Sequence record: OK272489.1
Length of the DNA: 49,897 nucleotides
Reading direction: 5' to 3' (one strand)
Origin: Escherichia phage JLBYU19
Below are positions 43,926-49,897 of this stretch, one piece after another. Each line of letters begins with the position of its first letter. The stretch's first letter is position 1. Below the pieces are notes generated by a model. It was not told the origin of the DNA. It did not search any database and worked only from the letters and a program-made list of their open reading frames with translations. Made by a program: the position numbers and the translations under genes.

Positions 43926-44060
43926 AGTTTATTTATTTATGTATGTATATTTGTTTTTTCTTGTTATCTGCGTTTCTTGTGGTTTTGGTTGTTTGTGGTG
44001 ATTTTTCTTTCTGAGTATCTGTATGTGCCATCATTCATGTGTATGTATATAATCCGGCGT
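43926..44060. repeat. AT/GT-rich block homologous to 15937-16075
   Basis: TTTATTTATTTATGTATGTATATTTGTTTTTTCTTGTT, TTGTGGTTTTGGTTGTTTGTGGTG, GTGTATGTATATAAT. Confidence 0.55.
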
Positions 44061-44175
44061 ATCTGAGAGAACATGGGAACAAGAAAAATAACACACATTA
44101 ATCATTAACTTATGAGTCAAATCTGTTTTCTTGCCATCTGAGAACGTTTAGAAAACAGAAAAAACAAAACAGCTA

Positions 44176-44203
44176 TTGACTAAATCAACCAAGTGGCTAC
44201 AAT
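44176..44203 (+). promoter_or_regulatory. sigma70-type promoter
   Basis: TTGACT 44176-44181, 16-nt spacer, TACAAT 44198-44203; upstream of exonuclease gene. Confidence 0.55.
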
Positions 44204-44233
44204 GCACGCATAAAGCAACAAGGAGCATTAAAG

Positions 44234-45289
44234 ATGAGTGATTTTAACGCCTACACTAGCGAAGAAATGAGCAACGAGCTTTATCATGATCCTAACGCGT
44301 GGACGGCTGAATATGTCAGCGGTTCCAGCCTGGCGGAGATTTACAGCACTTGCCCGGCGTACTGGAAGTACAAGCCGCGCCAGGAAACTAAAGCACTTGT
44401 TTTCGGTACGCAGTCGCATACCAACTTTGAAAGCAAGGAGCTATTCGAAAAAACATATCGCCGCGCACCGTCGCAGGATGATTTTAAAGACCTGATCACT
44501 AGTCAAACGGCGTTAGCATCAAAGCTGAAATCTTTTGGCCTGAAAGGTACGACGGGTAAACAATACCCTGAATTACTGGAAATGCTGTACAAGTGCGGCG
44601 AGGATCTCAATGTGTGGTGGCTTATCGAAATGATGGCAGAATGCCAGGCCGCAGCGGACGGAGTGCAGTTAATAGACGCTAAAGATTATGATGCCTGTGT
44701 AGCGATGCGGCGCGTACTTGAGGCCATACCGGAGCATAACGCTTGCATGAACAGCCCAACCGCGCAGCGTGAAATGTCAATATTTGGGATCATCAACGGC
44801 GTAAAAGTAAAAGTGCGTCTTGATCACGTTGACGTAAACAAGGATGTAAAGGCAACAATCATTAACGGTTACGACGAAAAAGGCAGGCCGATTTATGAAG
44901 AAGTCACCTATCCAGAAGCGGTGATTATCACTGACTACAAAACAACGGTTAGCGCAAATCCGGTTGACTTCCAGCGCCTGGCTTACAATCACGGCTATTA
45001 TCTTAAAATGGCTTTGCAACATGACTTATTCAAAAAGGCGTATCCAGACGAGGAAAGGCCAGTGATTGTAAGATTGCTTGCTCAAGAGAAGAAAGAGCCT
45101 TACTTGCCGCTCGCATTCCGCATGAACATTGAGCAGTTGAAGATTGGGCGTATCCAGTACATGAGCGTGATCAACAAGTTTAACGTTTGCCAGCAGTTAG
45201 ATGAATGGCCTTCGTATGCAAACGGACAACCAGAAATTGATCTTGATACTCCTGATTGGGTACGTGCTCAATTCAGGCAGTATCTGTGA
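44234..45289 (+). CDS. recombination exonuclease (PD-(D/E)xK, RecE/YqaJ-like)
   Basis: 351 aa; RLDHVD ... ITDYKTT nuclease-type motifs; first gene after sigma70-type promoter; precedes Erf and SSB. Confidence 0.5.
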   Translation: MSDFNAYTSEEMSNELYHDPNAWTAEYVSGSSLAEIYSTCPAYWKYKPRQETKALVFGTQSHTNFESKELFEKTYRRAPSQDDFKDLITSQTALASKLKSFGLKGTTGKQYPELLEMLYKCGEDLNVWWLIEMMAECQAAADGVQLIDAKDYDACVAMRRVLEAIPEHNACMNSPTAQREMSIFGIINGVKVKVRLDHVDVNKDVKATIINGYDEKGRPIYEEVTYPEAVIITDYKTTVSANPVDFQRLAYNHGYYLKMALQHDLFKKAYPDEERPVIVRLLAQEKKEPYLPLAFRMNIEQLKIGRIQYMSVINKFNVCQQLDEWPSYANGQPEIDLDTPDWVRAQFRQYL

Positions 45290-45320
45290 CAAACTAAACA
45301 AATAGCTAAACTTTTATAAT

Positions 45321-45344
45321 GGTTGGTGATATAATTCACCAACC
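45321..45344. repeat. perfect 9-bp inverted repeat GGTTGGTGA-tataat-TCACCAACC
   Basis: palindrome directly after TATAAT at 45315-45320, 20 nt upstream of ATG 45365. Confidence 0.5.
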
Positions 45345-45364
45345 AGATAACGGGAGAATGAGAA

Positions 45365-45622
45365 ATGACAGATAAAGACAATGCCACATTATTGCATTTA
45401 GAACGATTCATTGATCGAGTAACCATTGCAATGAAAGAATTTATTAAGCCGATGAACATTAAAGAGTCGGAAGAAATGAAGACTTATATCAAGGACGTGG
45501 TTGCATCCATTGACAATGTTATCCTTGTTGCAACGATGAGCAAGGGAAACAAAGAGCGAGAGAGGTTGGTTGCTGAATCAACAGAAGAATTTATTAAAAT
45601 GCTTGAAAGCGAGAAGGAATAA
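45365..45622 (+). CDS. hypothetical protein
   Basis: 85 aa; GGGAGAA RBS. Confidence 0.45.
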   Translation: MTDKDNATLLHLERFIDRVTIAMKEFIKPMNIKESEEMKTYIKDVVASIDNVILVATMSKGNKERERLVAESTEEFIKMLESEKE

Positions 45623-46276
<654 letters not shown>

Positions 46277-46279
<3 letters not shown>

Positions 46280-46325
46280 TAAACGGGGCGCTTGCGCCCC
46301 TTTTGTCATAGGAGAAAACAAAATG
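46277..46325 (+). repeat. leader element shared with connector-gene leader (30616-30667)
   Basis: same stop-hairpin-TTGTCATA-GGAGAAAACAAA-ATG arrangement. Confidence 0.55.
46285..46308 (+). terminator. hairpin/attenuator in ssb leader
   Basis: GGGGCGC-tt-GCGCCCC followed by TTTTGTCAT. Confidence 0.4.
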
Positions 46326-46775
46326 CACGTTATTACAGGTGAGATTCGAAAAGAGCCAAAAGTAAAGCAAATGCCTAACGGCAGCACGCTATATGTTATT
46401 GAGCTTTCCGAGCGATACAAAGACCGAGAAGGAAATTGGCAGTATACAAACTATGTGTTTTTCTTTAACGCGAAAACAGACGGCCTGAATGGTTGGTATG
46501 CCGAGGCGTTCCAGGTAGGCAAGGTTGTTTCTGTTTCCTGCGATACCTTGCGAGTTGAAACGCGAGAATACAACGGAAAGATTTACAGCACCGTGCAGCC
46601 TGGCGGATTTGCAAACTTGCTATTTAGCCAGAGAGGTGAAAGCCAGCAACAATATCAGCAGCGAACGCAAGGAGGCTGGGGGCAACCACAACAGCAACAG
46701 CAACAAAATACTCAACAGCATCCGCAGCAAAGCAATCAGCCTCCGATTGACTTTGACGACGATATACCATTCTGA
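46323..46775 (+). CDS. ssb: single-stranded DNA-binding protein
   Basis: 150 aa from ATG 46323 (AGGAG RBS); Gln/Gly-rich linker and acidic C-terminal tail DFDDDIPF. Confidence 0.8.
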   Translation: MHVITGEIRKEPKVKQMPNGSTLYVIELSERYKDREGNWQYTNYVFFFNAKTDGLNGWYAEAFQVGKVVSVSCDTLRVETREYNGKIYSTVQPGGFANLLFSQRGESQQQYQQRTQGGWGQPQQQQQQNTQQHPQQSNQPPIDFDDDIPF

Positions 46776-46783
46776 TAACAAAA

Positions 46784-46810
46784 AGCCCCGCATATGCGGG
46801 GCTTTTTTTA
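46784..46810. terminator. bidirectional terminator between ssb and leftward fiber cluster
   Basis: AGCCCCGC-atat-GCGGGGCT hairpin flanked by A5 and T7. Confidence 0.7.
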
Positions 46811-47314
46811 TTCTAACGTGGTTGGTTTGTTTACCAGTGCCGCTACAACCGCTTTTAGCTCGTCAATTTCTTTTCTCATCTCATCGTTTTCCGCTTTCAG
46901 TTTCTTAACGTGGTGAATCAGTGGAACAGTGAGGCGGTCATACATAACGCCTTCCGCCACCATGCCATTACTTGAAGCAATGGCAGGATCTTCTCCTTCT
47001 TGCAGCGGTCGCCAGTGAACGTACTCCGGCGCAATTTCTCCAACCTCTTCCGCGATTAGCCCGTACCATCCCCAATCTTTACGGTCGCTTTCACAAGTTG
47101 ACCGATACCAAACAGGACGCATTTCAAGCATCAGATCCGCATATTCATCAATAACCGATTCTACGCTGCTCTTATAACGAGAAGAGGAAGTGGAGCGTAA
47201 AACTTGCGACACTCCAGCATTTGGATCAAGCCATAAGTTTGCTGATTGAGCGGTTGTGTTAAGATTAAATAAATAAAATGCATCGTTACCAGTTAGGGGG
47301 GTAAAAACTCCCAC
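46808..47314 (-). CDS. tail-fiber C-terminal chaperone-like domain protein (peptidase S74-like)
   Basis: 168 aa from GTG 47314; SSRYKSSVESV ... DWGWYGLIAEEVGEIAPEYV resembles auto-processing chaperone domain of tail fibers. Confidence 0.45.
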   Translation of the reverse strand: MGVFTPLTGNDAFYLFNLNTTAQSANLWLDPNAGVSQVLRSTSSSRYKSSVESVIDEYADLMLEMRPVWYRSTCESDRKDWGWYGLIAEEVGEIAPEYVHWRPLQEGEDPAIASSNGMVAEGVMYDRLTVPLIHHVKKLKAENDEMRKEIDELKAVVAALVNKPTTLE

Positions 47315-47546
47315 TATACCTTCCGCTACCCAACTCGGATGATAGATCAGTTTGTTTTAGATACAGCTTCAACTTATTGTCAACATCAGTAGTTGATGCT
47401 TTTCCTGCGACATCCTGTTTTAGTGTCGAAACATCACTTTTCAGCTTCGTTATATCACCAGGAATAGTAGCAACATCCTGTTTTAGTGTTGAAACGTCAT
47501 TTTTCAGCTTCGTTATATCACTAGGTATAACAGTGACTGTAGCCAT
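47286..47546 (-). CDS. tail fiber-like coiled-coil repeat protein (possible upstream part of split fiber gene)
   Basis: 86 aa; two 21-aa repeats DITKLKxDVSTLKQDVA; overlaps next ORF by 29 nt in another frame. Confidence 0.45.
   Translation of the reverse strand: MATVTVIPSDITKLKNDVSTLKQDVATIPGDITKLKSDVSTLKQDVAGKASTTDVDNKLKLYLKQTDLSSELGSGRYSGSFYPPNW
47411..47526. repeat. tandem direct repeat, 2 x 63 bp
   Basis: CATCCTGTTTTAGTGTCGAAACATCACTTTTCAGCTTCGTTATATCACCAGG repeated with few substitutions 63 bp apart; encodes 21-aa repeat. Confidence 0.6.
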
Positions 47547-47558
47547 TTTCCTAACTCC

Positions 47559-47837
47559 TTAAGCCCATTCTCTAATAGGCTGATCTAACTCAACCACGTA
47601 TCCATTAAAAATTACGGCATCAAACTTATCATCAATGATTCGCACATTAACGAAATAGCCGTCGTTCTTTCGCGCAATCTCCTCGCCATCGTCAGATCGT
47701 GCAATTACTGTATAAGTATTGCCGATTACATCGAGCAGGATTGCATCCTGAATGGATTCGTTATCATCCCAATTAATTTTTCCTAAAAAGGCCGAAAACT
47801 CGGCCTTGTCTGAAAATTTTAATGTTAAATCACGCAT
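47559..47837 (-). CDS. hypothetical protein
   Basis: 92 aa from ATG 47837 (TAATG overlap with fiber gene stop). Confidence 0.4.
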   Translation of the reverse strand: MRDLTLKFSDKAEFSAFLGKINWDDNESIQDAILLDVIGNTYTVIARSDDGEEIARKNDGYFVNVRIIDDKFDAVIFNGYVVELDQPIREWA

Positions 47838-49792
47838 TAAACAATTTCCCCCAATTGATGATCTGTTAGTGCCTTGTGCCATATACGGAAGTTTCTAACG
47901 TGCCCGAAAAGATGACGTTCTCCCGTAGTTGTTTGTCCGCCAATCCTTATAGTAGCCGTCGATCTTATGTATCTCCATTCCGCTTTTGATTCGCTTGATA
48001 TTATGGAATTACTTACACAACAAGTATTGTAATCACTCTTTACTCTCATTCCCATGATCATCTTTTTTAGTTTCGCATTCTCGTAAACCCTTCGGTTTGA
48101 GTTACCTATGTCGCAACAAGGGAATCCGTCATTATCGCCTTCGGCAGACCCGAAAGCAAGAATTATTGCCGCTCCGGTTTGATGGCCGGATGTATCAAAA
48201 ACACGTGGCGCAGCGTTTGGCGTTATACTCCAGTTTTTATGAGCTTCCACAAGCACTGTAAACGGCAAATTGTAAAGGTTGTTTTTTATTGGCAATGTAA
48301 CCATATCGCTTGCCCTTGTTGTCGGACTTTCATTAGTTATAATGAATGATGAAGCGCAAGATCCAACCTCTACTTGAGGAGTTGTTAAATCCATAAAGCT
48401 ATTTTCATCAAAAACTTCTCCTTGTTTATTAACGACCTGTATTACCCCCCTAATGGAAGTTGATTCATCAGTAACTTTGTAAACTATTTCTGCAAAAATC
48501 CATTCCCCGTCTATGGTAGCGTTCTTTAGCACTATGTTTTTTGCGTCAACTCCAGAAGTTGCCACCCCTAAGTTATCGCAATCAATAATAGCAGAAGCAA
48601 CAGAAGATAAAGGATCTCCCTTGTCAAATCTTGCTGCAAATCTTACATTTTTCCCCTTAGCCCTAAAAGATATTGTAACTCCATCACCCTTTACAACTGC
48701 AATCTTATTTGTAGTAAGTCCAGCTATAATAGTGTAAGAGCCTACGCCACCTAAATATTCCCCTGGTTTAAATGTTGCATACTTAAACCCCCTTTCATCA
48801 GTCTTAGTTTCACCTCTTTCTAATCTTGGATTTGGATTCCATGATTCAGGCTTATTTGAATTTACAAAATAGTTTGTTCTCTGCCCTTCAATCAAAAGAC
48901 CATCCTTTTCAAATCTAGGTTCATCAATAGCAGCATCAGTAAGCAACCCAGACTTATTAATGTAAGTAGCGGTTGATGCACGTTTAAACTTAACAATCTT
49001 GTCACCTGGCATCGTGATCTCATCATCACCTATGACAATCTTTTTGTATGACGGCGAGAATCCGGTGATCATATCCAGGGAATCATTAAATGGTATCCAC
49101 ACGTCAGGTAGAGGCTGCAATAAATCTTTGTAAGGTTCTGCGGCCTGTTTTGCGTATTCCTCCGCTTGATCTCGCGCACTTTCAGCGCCTGCCTTTGCGG
49201 TGTTCGCAGCATCACGCGCAGTTTCAGCGCCTTTTCTTGCAGTTTCAGCGCCAGTCTTTGCAGTGTTTGCAGCGTCGCGCGCGGATTCAGCGGCAGCCTT
49301 TGCAGTGTCAGCACCTTTCTTGCTATTCTCTGCATTTGTTGCGCTTGTCTTTGCGTTATTCTCGCTAGTTTTAGCTGCCTTCTGGCTTGCTGCGGCTGCG
49401 TCAGCATTTGTCTTTACGTCTTCCTGGATCTTCTGTAGCTTATCCCAATCAAAATCCTTGATGATCTCAATAAATCCAGCAAACTCCGATTCCTTCCCCT
49501 GGTAATAACGCAACGTTTCCGCTACGTCTTGCGCAAGACCGTCAACCGTTAACGAGTCATGAAGCAAGATCAGGTAATTTGTCTTCTGTACTACCGCGCC
49601 TCCAGTAGTAATTGCGCGAATGCTTGTATCGCTAATCACTTCTGTAATCACAGCAGCTTGCAAAGGTTGAGCAAGAAAGAAAATAGTTGCACCTGGGCGA
49701 ATCAAGGTTAATTGCTCACGCCATTTTGTACCGTAACCAGTTACATAACCTTGCGCGTCCATAGACGCTTGGCCTTGTCTGTAAATCGCCAT
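47837..49792 (-). CDS. tail fiber protein
   Basis: 651 aa from ATG 49792 (AGGAGG RBS 9 nt upstream); Ala-rich repeat region TAKAAAESARDAANTAK. Confidence 0.65.
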   Translation of the reverse strand: MAIYRQGQASMDAQGYVTGYGTKWREQLTLIRPGATIFFLAQPLQAAVITEVISDTSIRAITTGGAVVQKTNYLILLHDSLTVDGLAQDVAETLRYYQGKESEFAGFIEIIKDFDWDKLQKIQEDVKTNADAAAASQKAAKTSENNAKTSATNAENSKKGADTAKAAAESARDAANTAKTGAETARKGAETARDAANTAKAGAESARDQAEEYAKQAAEPYKDLLQPLPDVWIPFNDSLDMITGFSPSYKKIVIGDDEITMPGDKIVKFKRASTATYINKSGLLTDAAIDEPRFEKDGLLIEGQRTNYFVNSNKPESWNPNPRLERGETKTDERGFKYATFKPGEYLGGVGSYTIIAGLTTNKIAVVKGDGVTISFRAKGKNVRFAARFDKGDPLSSVASAIIDCDNLGVATSGVDAKNIVLKNATIDGEWIFAEIVYKVTDESTSIRGVIQVVNKQGEVFDENSFMDLTTPQVEVGSCASSFIITNESPTTRASDMVTLPIKNNLYNLPFTVLVEAHKNWSITPNAAPRVFDTSGHQTGAAIILAFGSAEGDNDGFPCCDIGNSNRRVYENAKLKKMIMGMRVKSDYNTCCVSNSIISSESKAEWRYIRSTATIRIGGQTTTGERHLFGHVRNFRIWHKALTDHQLGEIV

Positions 49793-49807
49793 TTGTAAAA
49801 TCCTCCT

Positions 49808-49826
49808 AAATAGCACTTTTTGCTAA
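49808..49826 (+). promoter_or_regulatory. conserved junction element, oriented away from adjacent tail fiber gene
   Basis: AAATAGCACTTTTTGCTAA directly abutting AGGAGG RBS of minus-strand fiber gene; second AATAGCA at 49838. Confidence 0.4.
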
Positions 49827-49857
49827 TGACAATGCAGATAATAGCATTTTCAAGTGC

Positions 49858-49882
49858 AAAAAAAAACCCCGCATAAGCGGGG
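49858..49882 (-). terminator. intrinsic terminator (minus strand) at right end
   Basis: CCCCGC-ataa-GCGGGG preceded on plus strand by A9, i.e. hairpin + U-tract on minus strand. Confidence 0.55.
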
Positions 49883-49897
49883 CAATACTAGCGGAGT

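Noticed and set aside
49069-49505. Several overlapping plus- and minus-strand ORFs inside the tail fiber gene (49090..49368, 49166..49438, 49200..49505, 49069..49407)
   Set aside because: They arise from the Ala-rich periodic repeat region of the 651-aa fiber gene, which is open in many frames; none has a start context.

Overview
The window reads as a near-complete genome of a virulent T1-like siphophage (about 49.9 kb, densely coded on both strands, no integrase or repressor module seen). Family calls rest on motifs read directly from the ORF translations; no database search was possible. Left end: primase and an HTH protein (minus strand), then a rightward block with SF2 helicase, VRR-NUC nuclease, Dam-type adenine methyltransferase, metallophosphoesterase and a holin / endolysin / unimolecular-spanin lysis cassette. 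7.99-15.56 kb: a leftward array of small early genes plus a large P-loop-like protein, a short C5-methyltransferase-like gene and an HNH-AP2 endonuclease. 16.2-22.5 kb: rightward small early genes including a HAD phosphatase and a P-loop kinase. 22.5-42.5 kb: the late module (TerS, TerL, portal, scaffold, two decoration-like paralogs, major capsid, neck, major tail, G/GT chaperone, tape measure, gpM/L/K/I-like, gpJ-like fiber). 42.6-43.7 kb: a leftward three-gene operon starting with a Cor/Llp-like lipoprotein. 44.2-46.8 kb: exonuclease / Erf / SSB recombination module. 46.8-49.8 kb: leftward tail-fiber genes. The most striking signal is a 20-bp element (consensus AATAGCACTTTTTGTTAAAA) present 17 times in intergenic junctions, usually followed 22 nt later by a -10-like hexamer with a GC dyad in between. 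Other notable items: two homologous AT/GT-rich control regions, an Ig-like domain with no start codon in the +1 frame behind a decoration-like gene, a canonical A_AAA_AAC G/GT frameshift site, a split tail-fiber/chaperone-domain gene pair, and a 58-bp leader element shared by a connector gene and ssb.
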